From NCBI GenBank assembly GCA_964195565.1, contig CAXMRN010000063.1, forward strand, positions 47,701 through 111,700: a DNA stretch of 64,000 nt. The letters are read 5' to 3'. Made by a program: the position numbers and the translations under genes. Each line of letters starts with the position of its first letter. Position 1 is the stretch's first letter. Source of the DNA: an uncultured Polyangiaceae bacterium. GTDB lineage: Bacteria; Myxococcota_A; Polyangia; Polyangiales; Houyiibacteriaceae. The notes under the pieces were generated by a model. The model made no database searches. It saw only the letters and a list, made by a program, of their open reading frames with translations, and was not told where the DNA came from. Shown here one piece after another: positions 1-9,065 of the stretch.

Positions 1-1401
1 GGGGTTCTGGGACCAGCGGTGGGTCACGCGATCGAGGGTGATGTCGAAGCGAGGTTCTAGCCGAAGGGGTTTGAGGCTCGTGTGCAACTGGACTCCCGTG
101 TCGCGGTCGGTCCAGGCCTTGACGCGCTCGGCAAAACGAAGTTCGGGCCTCCCGGAGTCGTAGGTGTCCATCGCGCCGCGCACCGGTCTGAAGAACCACA
201 TCGATCCGCCAACGTAGCGCCCTTCGGGGACGATCTGAACGATGCGAATCGCCAGGGGGACGAGAAGCAGCAGCACGCTGAAGCTAACCGCCTTGCCCCC
301 GCGTTCGCGGATCCAGCGCGCCATTGCGAAGAGCGAGACGGGAACGGCAATCGCGACCGCGGGAAGCGTGGGCCACGCCCAGTACGAATGCACAATCGCG
401 CTCCACCGAAACGTCCAGTAGTGAATCAACCCGGCGACCAGGAAGGCGACGGGGATCAAGTCTCGTGGGCGAGCCGTCCCACGGGCGGCGCGAACGCCCC
501 ATGCGGCCATCCAAGCCGCGCACAGTCCAAGAACCGGCGTGGTGAACATCAGCTCCGGAACGACCAACAAGTGCGTTCGGAACCGCACCCAGGAAAGGGC
601 TCGCCGCGTGTTGAACGCCCCCGCCAACTCGTCGAGATTGCCAGAAACCACATCTACCAGGAGAAAATGCCCCGCGAACAACGCGACGACCCATGCGCAG
701 AACACAGCCAGCTGAACGCGTGAGCCGCGCGCGGGTTCCCCGGCCCGCGGCCCGAAGAGCGTCCACCCCCAATGCAACGCGATGCACGCGGCGATGTAAT
801 AGGCCGGCCAGTCCCAGCTCGCTGCGATGGCGAACGTAATCAGGAAGAGGGCGTACTCTCTTCGAGGCCAGGGGGGCGCGCGGCTCGCGCGAACGTACAG
901 GAAGAGTGTGAGCAAGGACCAGAAGATGAAACCAGCCGAGTGGTTGGACATGTTCGTGTAGATCGCGTTGATCGGGAGTGCGACGTAGATCGCCGAGGCG
1001 GCTAGGGCGTGGGCGTCGTCCCAGAGACGCCCGACCACGGCGAATAGCGCGCAGAGCGCCGCTACGCTCCAGAACCCGGCGACGAGGCGGATCGAAGCCT
1101 CGTGGTCACCGAAGAGGTTCACGCTGGCCACGTTGTGCAAGTGCAGCGCAAGTGGCGCGTGCGTGTACACTTGATCTTTGTTGGGAGGGGTGTTGGCGGT
1201 CTCGTATTGGAGCGGGAACAGGACGTCCCAACGGAGCGTATTGCGCGCCGCGTTGTGGTACGCAGCGCCATTCCAGCCGTTGTGGCCGCGCGTCCATTGA
1301 TCGGCGACGCCCCACACGGCCAAGAAGACCTGCAGCGCGAGCACTACGGCAAAAGCGACACGAATCGGCCTTTGCCTGCCGCCGACGCGATCAGGGCCCA
1401 T
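1..1401 (-). CDS. Polytopic membrane protein, GT-C (ArnT/PMT-like) glycosyltransferase candidate. The C-terminus lies beyond the window start.
   Basis: This gene is missing from the ORF track because its stop is outside the window. Hand translation of the minus strand from ATG 1399-1401 gives 467 codons with no stop down to position 1 (MGPDRVGGRQRPIRVAFAVVLALQVFLAVWGVADQWTRGHNGWNGAAYHNAARNTLRW...). It has many hydrophobic segments and G/C-ending codons. Competing track ORFs here are Arg/Pro-rich junk. The family assignment is tentative. Confidence 0.7.
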   Translation of the reverse strand, partial: MGPDRVGGRQRPIRVAFAVVLALQVFLAVWGVADQWTRGHNGWNGAAYHNAARNTLRWDVLFPLQYETANTPPNKDQVYTHAPLALHLHNVASVNLFGDHEASIRLVAGFWSVAALCALFAVVGRLWDDAHALAASAIYVALPINAIYTNMSNHSAGFIFWSLLTLFLYVRASRAPPWPRREYALFLITFAIAASWDWPAYYIAACIALHWGWTLFGPRAGEPARGSRVQLAVFCAWVVALFAGHFLLVDVVSGNLDELAGAFNTRRALSWVRFRTHLLVVPELMFTTPVLGLCAAWMAAWGVRAARGTARPRDLIPVAFLVAGLIHYWTFRWSAIVHSYWAWPTLPAVAIAVPVSLFAMARWIRERGGKAVSFSVLLLLVPLAIRIVQIVPEGRYVGGSMWFFRPVRGAMDTYDSGRPELRFAERVKAWTDRDTGVQLHTSLKPLRLEPRFDITLDRVTHRWSQNP

Positions 1402-1434
1402 CGCTGGGGAGTATGGCCGCTCCGGCCGGACGCG

Positions 1435-3048
1435 TCAGCTTTCGAGAAGCCGTCGCGCCACGACGTGAGCCTGAATCTCGTTGGCGCCCTCGAAGAGGCT
1501 GAGAACGCGTGCGTCGACCAACAGGCGAGATGCGGTGTACTCCTCCGCGTATCCGTTGCCGCCGTGGATCTGGACGTTGGCGTCCGCCGCTTCCCATGCG
1601 GAGCGGGTAGCCAAGAGCTTCGCCATGCCCGCCTGGAGGTCGCAGCGCTTCTCTTGGTCCTTTTCGCGAGCGCTGAAGTATGTCATTTGCCGAGCCGCTT
1701 GGATGCGGACGATCATGCGACCAATCTTCCGCGCGACGCGCGGGAACTGGAAGATCGGTCCACCGAACTGCTCTCGCTCCGTGGCGTAGAGGATCGCATC
1801 TTCGAGCGCCGCCTGCGCCACGCCCACGCCCCGGGCGGCGGTTTGAATGCGCGCACTCTCGAACGTACGCATGAGTTGCTTGAAGCCCGCGCCCTCTTCG
1901 CCCCCTAGCAGGGAGTCCGCCGGGAGCTTGAAGTCTTCGAAGCTCAGCTCGTATTCCTTCATGCCCCGATAGCCGAGCACCGTAATCTCGGTTCCTGTCA
2001 GGCCTTCGTCGACGAACTCGGCCTCACCGCCTTCGCCGGTGCGGCGTGTCTTGCTGGCGAGGAACATCGACAGCCCGCGGTACCCTGGCTCATCCGCGTT
2101 GGTGCGAGCGAGGACGGTCATCAAGTCCGCGCGTGCGGCATGGGTGATCCAAGTCTTCTGCCCATTGAGCACGTAGCTGCCGTCGCCTTGCTTCACCGCG
2201 CGAGTTCCGAGGTGCGCGAGGTCCGAGCCGATGTTCGGCTCCGTGAACACCGCTGTCGACAGCACCTCGCCAGCCGCGAGCCTCGGCAACCACTCCTTCT
2301 TCTGCTCTTCTGTGCCGCCGCCCATGATCAGCTCGGCCGCGATTTCGGAGCGCGTGCCGAGAGACCCCACGCCGATGTATCCGCGGGATAGCTCCTCGGT
2401 GACGACGCACATCGCAACCTTGCTCATGCCGAGCCCGTCGTACTCCTCCGGGATCGTCAGCCCAAACACGCCGAGCTCACTCATCTGATCGACGATGTCC
2501 ATCGGGATCAAGATGTCCTGTCGGTGGATGTCCTGGGCACGCGGAATCACCTCCGCGTCCACGAACTTCGAGAATTGCGAGCGAATCTCCTCGAGCATTT
2601 CGTCCTCGAACCCAGGGTTCGGGAAACCGTGCTCCAGCGCATGTGCCGCGAGCTCCAGATAGACGTTGCCGCTTGCGTGCTCCGCGGAGAAGGCGACGAC
2701 TTCGGGGCGGAGCACAGTCTCGCGCAGGTCGCCTTCGGTGATGCCGAGCTCCCAGAGTCCGATATTCTCGCACGCGCCGAGATCGACTCCGCCGAGGATC
2801 GAGCGCGCGACCTCACCCACGTAGGCCCGGGCGACTTTGCTTTCGTAGTCGCCGCCGACACGCTCGGCCCAGGCGGCCATCTGACGACACGCTTCGAGCT
2901 CCGTGGCCAGGTAGGCGACCGCGTGCGCTGCGAGCTGGTTCTCGTTGAGCTTTTTGGGGCTGATCCGATCGCCTTCGGTGACGATCGCCTTCACGTTGTC
3001 GTGAGCTCGTTGGTAGACACCCTCAATGGCTTCGATCACTTGCTGCAT
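1435..3048 (-). CDS. mcd: Acyl-CoA dehydrogenase with a long N-terminal extension, probably (2S)-methylsuccinyl-CoA dehydrogenase
   Basis: This is track ORF 1435..3129 trimmed to the internal ATG (MQQVIEAIEG...), because the upstream gene stops at 3057. It is 537 aa with an ACAD-like core (GGNGYAEEY, LFEGANEIQ). Its position directly after ccr fits the ethylmalonyl-CoA pathway. Confidence 0.75.
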   Translation of the reverse strand: MQQVIEAIEGVYQRAHDNVKAIVTEGDRISPKKLNENQLAAHAVAYLATELEACRQMAAWAERVGGDYESKVARAYVGEVARSILGGVDLGACENIGLWELGITEGDLRETVLRPEVVAFSAEHASGNVYLELAAHALEHGFPNPGFEDEMLEEIRSQFSKFVDAEVIPRAQDIHRQDILIPMDIVDQMSELGVFGLTIPEEYDGLGMSKVAMCVVTEELSRGYIGVGSLGTRSEIAAELIMGGGTEEQKKEWLPRLAAGEVLSTAVFTEPNIGSDLAHLGTRAVKQGDGSYVLNGQKTWITHAARADLMTVLARTNADEPGYRGLSMFLASKTRRTGEGGEAEFVDEGLTGTEITVLGYRGMKEYELSFEDFKLPADSLLGGEEGAGFKQLMRTFESARIQTAARGVGVAQAALEDAILYATEREQFGGPIFQFPRVARKIGRMIVRIQAARQMTYFSAREKDQEKRCDLQAGMAKLLATRSAWEAADANVQIHGGNGYAEEYTASRLLVDARVLSLFEGANEIQAHVVARRLLES

Positions 3049-3056
3049 GGTGGATC

Positions 3057-4277
3057 CTATCCGTTCGCGATCGCTGCGAGCGTTTCTTCGAGGTTCTTGA
3101 GCCCAGGCCGGGGCGCCCCGACCAGGCACGCGACGGTGCCGTGGAGCTTGTTCTCGTACATGAGCTGATGGGCCTCAGGAATCTCTTCCCAGGTGAAGAG
3201 GCGCGTCATGACCGGCTTGATCTTGTCCTGGATGACAAGGCGGTTTGCGCGGCCGGCGGAGTCGGCGTCCGCGAAGTGCGAGCCGATGATCTTCTTTTGA
3301 CGCATCCAAAGATGGCGCACGTCGAAGTTGAGATTGTAGCCAGTCGTGGCGCCGCAAATGACGATGCGACCGTACTTCGCCGCCAGGAACACGCTGGCCG
3401 GGAAAGTCGCCTTGCCGACATGCTCAAAGACGACGTCCGGCCCCTTGCGCTCGCCGAGAATCTCCCAGATGCGTTTGCCGAAGCCCTTGAGGTCGGCGCT
3501 GTGCGCCTTCTGCTCTTCGGGTGTCATGTCGTCTTTGTACTGAAGGGCCGGAAAGTCCCTCCGGTTGATGACGCCGTGGGCACCGAGTTGCATGACGAGC
3601 TCGGCCTTGTCGTCGCTCGACACCACCGCGATCGCCCGCGCGCCCATGATCTTGCAAAGCTGCACGGCGAATACGCCGAGGCCGCCGCCAGCACCCCAGA
3701 TGAGGACGTCCTCTCCGGGCTGGACCTTGGCGCGGTCGACCAACATGCGGTGGGCGGTGTAGTAGGTGAGGCCGTAGCTCGAGGCGTCTTCCCAGCTCAG
3801 ATGCGGGGGCTTCGGAAGCACCTGCTGCGCCTGCACTTTCGTGAACTGCGCGAACGAGCCGTCGGGCGTCTCGTAGCCCCAAATGGTTTGCAGGTCGTTG
3901 GTGCCGGGGTTCACGAGGTGGTTGCAATGCAGAACCACTTCGTCGCCGACCTTGTGGTCGTTGACGCCGGGGCCCACTCCCCACACCACCCCCGACGCAT
4001 CGGATCCTGCGATGTGGAAGTCGAGCCCGTGGCCCTTGAGCACGTTGACGGGCTTGCCGAGCCCCGCCCAGATGCCATTGAAGTTGACGCCGGCCGCCAT
4101 GACCTGCACCAACACCTCGCCCGGACCGAGCTCCCAAACCGGGAGCTCCTCGTGTTGGAAGGATTGCTTGGGCTCCCCGAAACGCTCTGGGCGAATCGCG
4201 TACGCGTGCATCTTTTCGGGCACGACGCCTAGCTCTGGGAGTTGGCCAACGGGGACGATATCTGGACGTTCACTCAT
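3057..4277 (-). CDS. ccr: Crotonyl-CoA carboxylase/reductase
   Basis: The 406-aa product shows strong Ccr-like blocks: LVQVMAAGVNFNGIWAG, HIAGSDASGVVWGVGPGV, IWGYETPDGSFAQF, LIWGAGGGLG, FEHVGKATF, IIGSHFA. A GAGGAAG RBS sits 5 nt upstream of the ATG. Confidence 0.85.
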   Translation of the reverse strand: MSERPDIVPVGQLPELGVVPEKMHAYAIRPERFGEPKQSFQHEELPVWELGPGEVLVQVMAAGVNFNGIWAGLGKPVNVLKGHGLDFHIAGSDASGVVWGVGPGVNDHKVGDEVVLHCNHLVNPGTNDLQTIWGYETPDGSFAQFTKVQAQQVLPKPPHLSWEDASSYGLTYYTAHRMLVDRAKVQPGEDVLIWGAGGGLGVFAVQLCKIMGARAIAVVSSDDKAELVMQLGAHGVINRRDFPALQYKDDMTPEEQKAHSADLKGFGKRIWEILGERKGPDVVFEHVGKATFPASVFLAAKYGRIVICGATTGYNLNFDVRHLWMRQKKIIGSHFADADSAGRANRLVIQDKIKPVMTRLFTWEEIPEAHQLMYENKLHGTVACLVGAPRPGLKNLEETLAAIANG

Positions 4278-4284
4278 GTCTTCC

Positions 4285-5292
4285 TCACGGAGTTTTGCCG
4301 AGCGCTGCTACATACTCTCGGCTCAAGTGTTCGCAAAGGCTCAAAGGCGTCTCGCCGCTGTCGAGGTCTCGCTCGGCACGCGCTTGGAGCTGGGCTGCTC
4401 CCCCTAGGGTCGAAACGCCATGCTCGCCATGTTTGCGGCTGAAAAGGTCGACGGTCCACTGCACTTCGCCTCGTCGACGGTGGGCCGCGAGGGTCTGCGC
4501 GAGGTGCGAACGATGCTCGTCGAGTGCTTCGATCAGCTCGTCAATTCCGGTGCCGTGAGTCGCGCTGGTCGCGATGATCGGCGTGTCCCAGCTCGCGTCT
4601 TGCCCGCCGTCGGCTCCGACCGCGTGGGCGGTTTGAAGCGCGCCGCGTAGGTCGGCGACCGCGCGCTGCGCGAGGTCGTCGTGGTCGGCTTTGTTTACAA
4701 CCAATATATCTGGGATCTCCATGATGCCGGCCTTCAGGAACTGAAGGACGTCGCCGCTTCCAGGCTGAATCACCAACACGACCGTGTCCGCGACGTGGAT
4801 GATGTCGATCTCCGACTGGCCAACTCCGGTGGTCTCGATGACCACCATGTCGTAGGCGGCGGCGAGGACGCGTACCGCCGAGTTGGCGGCGTAGGCGAGG
4901 CCGCCCACCTCGCCAGCCGTGGCGAGCGAACGCACGAACAAGCCGTCGTCCGAGGGGTCGAAGCTCATCCGAGCGCGGTCGCCGAGCAACGAACCTCCGG
5001 AGCGAATGCTGGATGGATCGACCGCGACCACGCCGACGGTGCGGCTACGTTGGCGGACCGCGCGCGCGAGCGCGGAGGTCAGGGTGCTCTTTCCCACGCC
5101 AGGTGGGCCGGTGAGGCCGACGCGGTGGCCGCCCGCTGCTTTGGGTGCGTCCTTGAGTGCGGCCAGGAGTTCGGTCACGCCCGCCTGCGCTCCCGGACGC
5201 CGATCCTCGACGAGGTTCAACGCGCGGGAGACCGCCGCCTTGTCCGCCGACATCACGTTCGCGGCGTCTTCGCGGAGATCACTCGGCGGCAT
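4285..5292 (-). CDS. meaB: MeaB/ArgK-type G-protein chaperone of B12 mutases
   Basis: The P-loop GPPGVGKSTL and the VVNKADH motif are present. The gene overlaps the ecm stop by 14 nt. An alternative start (MSADK) lies at 5253. Confidence 0.85.
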   Translation of the reverse strand: MPPSDLREDAANVMSADKAAVSRALNLVEDRRPGAQAGVTELLAALKDAPKAAGGHRVGLTGPPGVGKSTLTSALARAVRQRSRTVGVVAVDPSSIRSGGSLLGDRARMSFDPSDDGLFVRSLATAGEVGGLAYAANSAVRVLAAAYDMVVIETTGVGQSEIDIIHVADTVVLVIQPGSGDVLQFLKAGIMEIPDILVVNKADHDDLAQRAVADLRGALQTAHAVGADGGQDASWDTPIIATSATHGTGIDELIEALDEHRSHLAQTLAAHRRRGEVQWTVDLFSRKHGEHGVSTLGGAAQLQARAERDLDSGETPLSLCEHLSREYVAALGKTP

Positions 5293-7285
5293 GCTGGCGG
5301 TCCACCAGGTCGATCAGGTCGCTCATGATGCTATCGAGCTCGTAGTCTTTGGGCGTGTAGACCGCCGCGACCCCTTCGCGGCGCAACCGCGCTGCATCCA
5401 CCTCAGGAATGATGCCCCCGGCAACTACTGGGACATCGCCAAGCCCTGCTGTCTGCAGCCGCTGCACGACTTCGGGCACCAACGCGAGGTGTGAGCCACT
5501 CAGAATACTGAGTCCGATCAGATGCACACCTTCTTCGAGCGCAGACGCGACGATTTGTTCCGGCGAGACACGAATGCCTTCGTACACCACGTCGAAACCC
5601 ACATCCCGCGCCTTGATCGCGATCTGTTCTGCGCCGTTGGAGTGCCCGTCGAGTCCGGGCTTTCCCACCAACAACTTCGCTCGCCGACCCATCCGCACTT
5701 CGAGCTCATCGAGCCGCTTGCGCAGCCGAGCGATAGTCTCCGCGGCAGGGCCGGACCCGGAGGTCTTCACCGTGGCGCCCGCGACCCCCGTCGGCGCGCG
5801 GTACTCGCCCCACACCTTGCGGAGCGTGTTGGCCCACTCGCCGGTCGTGACGCCCGCATGTGCAGCGGCGATCGAAGGAGCCATCATGTTCTGGTCGGTT
5901 CTCGCTACGCGTTCTAGCTCAGCCAGTGCTTTCTCGGCGGCGTCGTTGTCGCGTTCCGCTTTCCAGCGACCGAGCGCTGCACGTTGAGCCGCGTCAACCT
6001 CGGGATCGACCGTGAGGATAGCCTCATCGAGGTTTTCGGTGAGCGGCGAGGGGGCCCCCTCGACGTACTTGTTGACGCCGACGACCACCTGGTCGCCGTT
6101 CTCGATCGCTCGAATCCGTGCGGCATTGGATTCGACGAGCCTCTGCTTGATGTATCCGCTCTCCACGGCTTCGACGGCACCGCCCCGTTTCAAGACCTCT
6201 TGCACCTCGGCCCACGCGGAGTCGACGAGGCGCTGCGTTTCGGCCTCGACGACTTCGCTGCCTTTGAAAAGGTCCGCGTACTCGAGAAGGTCAGTCTCGT
6301 AGGCGAGGATCTGCTGCGCACGCAGCGACCACTGCTGGTCCCACGGGCGCGGCAGGCCGAGCGCCTCGTTCCAAGCCGGGAGCTGGATTGCCCGGGCCCG
6401 AGCGTCTTTGCTGAGTGTGACCGCCAGCATTTCGAGGACGATTCGAATTACGTTGTTCTCGGGCTGCTGCTCGGTGAGCCCGAGGGAGTTCACCTGCACG
6501 CCGTAGCGGAAGCGCCGATGCTTGGGGTCGGTTACGCCGTAGCGCTCCTGCGTGACGCGGTCCCAGAGTTCGACGAACGCGCGCATCTTGCACAGCTCTT
6601 CGACGAAGCGAATGCCGGCGTTCACGAAGAAGCTCATGCGTCCGACCACTTTACCGAACTCGGCTTCGGGCACGCGGCCGGTCGCCTTGACCGCATCGAG
6701 CACTCCGATCGCGGTGACCAAAGCGTACGCGAGCTCTTGGGTCGGCGTCGCGCCGGCTTCCTGCAAGTGATAGCTGCAGATGTTGATCGGGTTCCACTTG
6801 GGGACCTCATCGACGGTGTAGGTGATCAAATCGGTGATCAACCGCATCGACGGGGCGGGCGGGAAGATGTGGGTACCGCGGGACAGGTACTCCTTGATGA
6901 TGTCGTTTTGTGTGGTCCCACGGAGGACGCTGTGGTCGACTCCCTGGTCCTCGGCTGCGGCGACGTACAGCGACAGCAGCCAAACCGCGGTCGCGTTGAT
7001 CGTCATCGACGTGTTCATCTGGTCGAGAGGCAAACCGTCGAAGAGGGCGCGCATGTCACCGATGTGCGACACGGGAACCCCGACTTTGCCGACCTCGCCG
7101 CGGGCGAGCGGATCGTCCGGGTCGTATCCGGTCTGGGTCGGCAGATCGAACGCCACACTCAGGCCCGTTTGGCCTTTGGCCAGGTTGGTCCGATAGAGCT
7201 CGTTCGATGCGGCCGCGGTGCTGTGACCCGAGTAGGTCCGCATGATCCACGGTCTGTCGCGCTCCCGCTTGCCGTCCTCCGCCAT
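5279..7285 (-). CDS. ecm: Ethylmalonyl-CoA mutase (MeaA/Ecm-type fused B12 mutase)
   Basis: The N-terminus RPWIMRTYSGHSTAAASNELYRTNLAKGQTGLSVAFDLPTQTGYD is typical of MeaA/Ecm. The C-terminal B12-binding domain carries GLDGHSNG. I chose the ATG at 7285 (MAEDGK) because AGGAAGG lies upstream. The track instead starts at the TTG at 7306. Confidence 0.85.
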   Translation of the reverse strand: MAEDGKRERDRPWIMRTYSGHSTAAASNELYRTNLAKGQTGLSVAFDLPTQTGYDPDDPLARGEVGKVGVPVSHIGDMRALFDGLPLDQMNTSMTINATAVWLLSLYVAAAEDQGVDHSVLRGTTQNDIIKEYLSRGTHIFPPAPSMRLITDLITYTVDEVPKWNPINICSYHLQEAGATPTQELAYALVTAIGVLDAVKATGRVPEAEFGKVVGRMSFFVNAGIRFVEELCKMRAFVELWDRVTQERYGVTDPKHRRFRYGVQVNSLGLTEQQPENNVIRIVLEMLAVTLSKDARARAIQLPAWNEALGLPRPWDQQWSLRAQQILAYETDLLEYADLFKGSEVVEAETQRLVDSAWAEVQEVLKRGGAVEAVESGYIKQRLVESNAARIRAIENGDQVVVGVNKYVEGAPSPLTENLDEAILTVDPEVDAAQRAALGRWKAERDNDAAEKALAELERVARTDQNMMAPSIAAAHAGVTTGEWANTLRKVWGEYRAPTGVAGATVKTSGSGPAAETIARLRKRLDELEVRMGRRAKLLVGKPGLDGHSNGAEQIAIKARDVGFDVVYEGIRVSPEQIVASALEEGVHLIGLSILSGSHLALVPEVVQRLQTAGLGDVPVVAGGIIPEVDAARLRREGVAAVYTPKDYELDSIMSDLIDLVDRQHAAE

Positions 7286-7313
7286 CGCCGGTCCCTTCCT
7301 CTGCAATCCGCAA

Positions 7314-7340
7314 TCTGCCCCATCTATCCAGGGGGGCAGA
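7314..7340 (-). promoter_or_regulatory. Hairpin in the presumed ecm leader (tCTGCCCC-N11-GGGGCAGa)
   Basis: An 8-bp inverted repeat was read directly from the sequence. It lies 29-55 nt upstream of the ecm ATG. Its function is unknown. Confidence 0.3.
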
Positions 7341-7390
7341 AGCCTACATCGTTTTTCGCGTTGCTTGCGTTCTAGGCCCGCGTGACCGTT

Positions 7391-7433
7391 GCGGTGCTCT
7401 TTACAGCTTCACACGGTCGAGCCCGGTGCTCTT
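7391..7433. promoter_or_regulatory. Two perfect 11-bp direct repeats CGGTGCTCTTT, a candidate operator in the divergent ecm/regulator region
   Basis: The repeats occupy 7391-7401 and 7423-7433. The start-to-start spacing is 32 bp, about 3 helical turns. Confidence 0.35.
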
Positions 7434-7535
7434 TGGACTATCATACGGCCGGTAGGGGTCAAGCAGCCGGGAAACATGGGTTTTCGAGTGTTCGCCCGCC
7501 TGGTGGATCCTGTAAATTTGCGGTAAACGACCCGG

Positions 7536-9041
7536 ATGGCGGAGACGAACGCAGCGATGGGGCAGCGTTTGCGGGAGCTTCGGCTGCGGCGGGGGTTGCA
7601 GCAAAGCGAAGTCGCCCGCCGCCTCAAGATCTCGCCGGCGTACTTGAGCCTCATCGAGAAGGGCAAGCGCGTAGTTCAGTTGCCACTCCTGTTTCAGGCA
7701 CTCGAGCTGTATGGCGTCGCGGTCGAAGACTTCATGGCGAGCCTCGGCGAGCGCCGGGTCGACGAGGGGCTCGCCCGCCTTCTCGACGAGCCCCTGTTGC
7801 GCTCTCTCAACCTGAGCGAGGAAGACCTGGCCAGCATCAGCGGGGAGCCGCGGATGGTGGCGACTATCACGGCGCTTTTCAATCTCTACAAGAACACCCG
7901 GAGCCAACTGGATCACGTCATGGCGAGCTTCGCGCAGATGGAGCGGGAGGCCGACGATGATTCCGTTCGGTTCGACTACAGCCCGTACGACGAGGTGACC
8001 GACTTTCTCGAGCAGCATGCCAATTGGTTCGAATCGCTAGAAGAGCGTGCGCAGCAGTTTCGACGCGACTGCGCGCTCGGCCGGCGCGTCACGAGCGACG
8101 ACCTCGAGCGGGGGCTCTTGGCTGAAGTCGGCGTGCGCGTGCACCGGACTCCCGACCCCGCGGACAGTTCAGTCATTCGCACGTGGGACGCCGAAGAACG
8201 AATCGTCACGGTATCCGATGATCTGTTCGAGCAGCGCTTGAAGTTCCAGCTCGCGCATACGGTCGCACTAGGTCTCTTCGATGAGGAAAAGCTACATAGG
8301 CCAATCCTGGAGGGCTACCGAGGCCAGCACTCCGAGACCCGGAAGCTGATCAAGATCCATCTTGCCAACTACTTCGCGGGCGCGCTCCTGCTCCCCTATC
8401 CGGATTTCTATCGTGAGGTCACCAGAACTCGCTACGACGTCGAGCTCCTCGCTCAGCTGTTCGAATCGTCATACGAAACGGTGGCCCACCGGATGTGCAA
8501 TCTGTCGGACCCGCGCCGCCGCGGGGCCCCGATGCACTTCCTGAGGGTCGACGTCGCGGGAAACATCTCCAAACGCTACTCCGGGGATGGAATCCGATTC
8601 CCGCATCAGGACGGCTCGTGTCCCAAAATGGCCGTGCACCTGGCGTTCCTCACTCCGAGCGTGATTACCAAGCAGTACTCTGCGTTTCCCGACGGATCGA
8701 CCTATTTCTGCTTTGCGAAGGTCGTGAGCGAACCGGAGCAGGGTTCACTCGTCAAGGGCACGACCTATAGCATCGGGCTCGGCACTCACGCGGACAACGC
8801 CCGACACTTTGCATATGCAGACGATCTGCCGTTCGCCGACCCGAAAAAAATGGCAGTCCCAGTAGGAACGACCTGCCGGTTCTGCGAGCGCACCGACTGC
8901 AACATGCGCTCGGCTCCAAGCTACAAGTTCGCATTCCGCGTCGACGAGTACACCAAGAAGGACAACTTCTTCTCGCCGCTCGTGAGTCGGGACCCGGGGG
9001 TGGACGTGCACAAGCCGGCTCGCCGCAAGCCGGCGCCGTGA
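7536..9041 (+). CDS. XRE-family HTH regulator of the ScfR/RamB/PrpR type (HTH, ImmA/IrrE-like domain and Cys-rich C-terminal domain)
   Basis: The N-terminal HTH reads MGQRLRELRLRRGLQQSEVARRLKISPAYLSLIEKGKR. The C-terminal region contains GSCPKMAVH and TCRFCERTDC. The product is 501 aa. Confidence 0.8.
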   Translation: MAETNAAMGQRLRELRLRRGLQQSEVARRLKISPAYLSLIEKGKRVVQLPLLFQALELYGVAVEDFMASLGERRVDEGLARLLDEPLLRSLNLSEEDLASISGEPRMVATITALFNLYKNTRSQLDHVMASFAQMEREADDDSVRFDYSPYDEVTDFLEQHANWFESLEERAQQFRRDCALGRRVTSDDLERGLLAEVGVRVHRTPDPADSSVIRTWDAEERIVTVSDDLFEQRLKFQLAHTVALGLFDEEKLHRPILEGYRGQHSETRKLIKIHLANYFAGALLLPYPDFYREVTRTRYDVELLAQLFESSYETVAHRMCNLSDPRRRGAPMHFLRVDVAGNISKRYSGDGIRFPHQDGSCPKMAVHLAFLTPSVITKQYSAFPDGSTYFCFAKVVSEPEQGSLVKGTTYSIGLGTHADNARHFAYADDLPFADPKKMAVPVGTTCRFCERTDCNMRSAPSYKFAFRVDEYTKKDNFFSPLVSRDPGVDVHKPARRKPAP

Positions 9042-9065
9042 TATGGTCGCGCCCCGGAGGTTCAC

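Noticed and set aside
5984-7375. A 463-aa plus-strand ORF, together with the 363-aa ORF at 3141..4232
   Set aside because: They are antisense to ecm and ccr respectively. There are no recognisable motifs, and the sense-strand genes are strongly supported.
7513-7527. TAAATTTGCGGTAAA, reminiscent of the corynebacterial RamB box (A[A/G]AACTTTGCAAA)
   Set aside because: The match is only partial (AATTTGC), it occurs once, and the organism is very distant. It is not enough to call a site.
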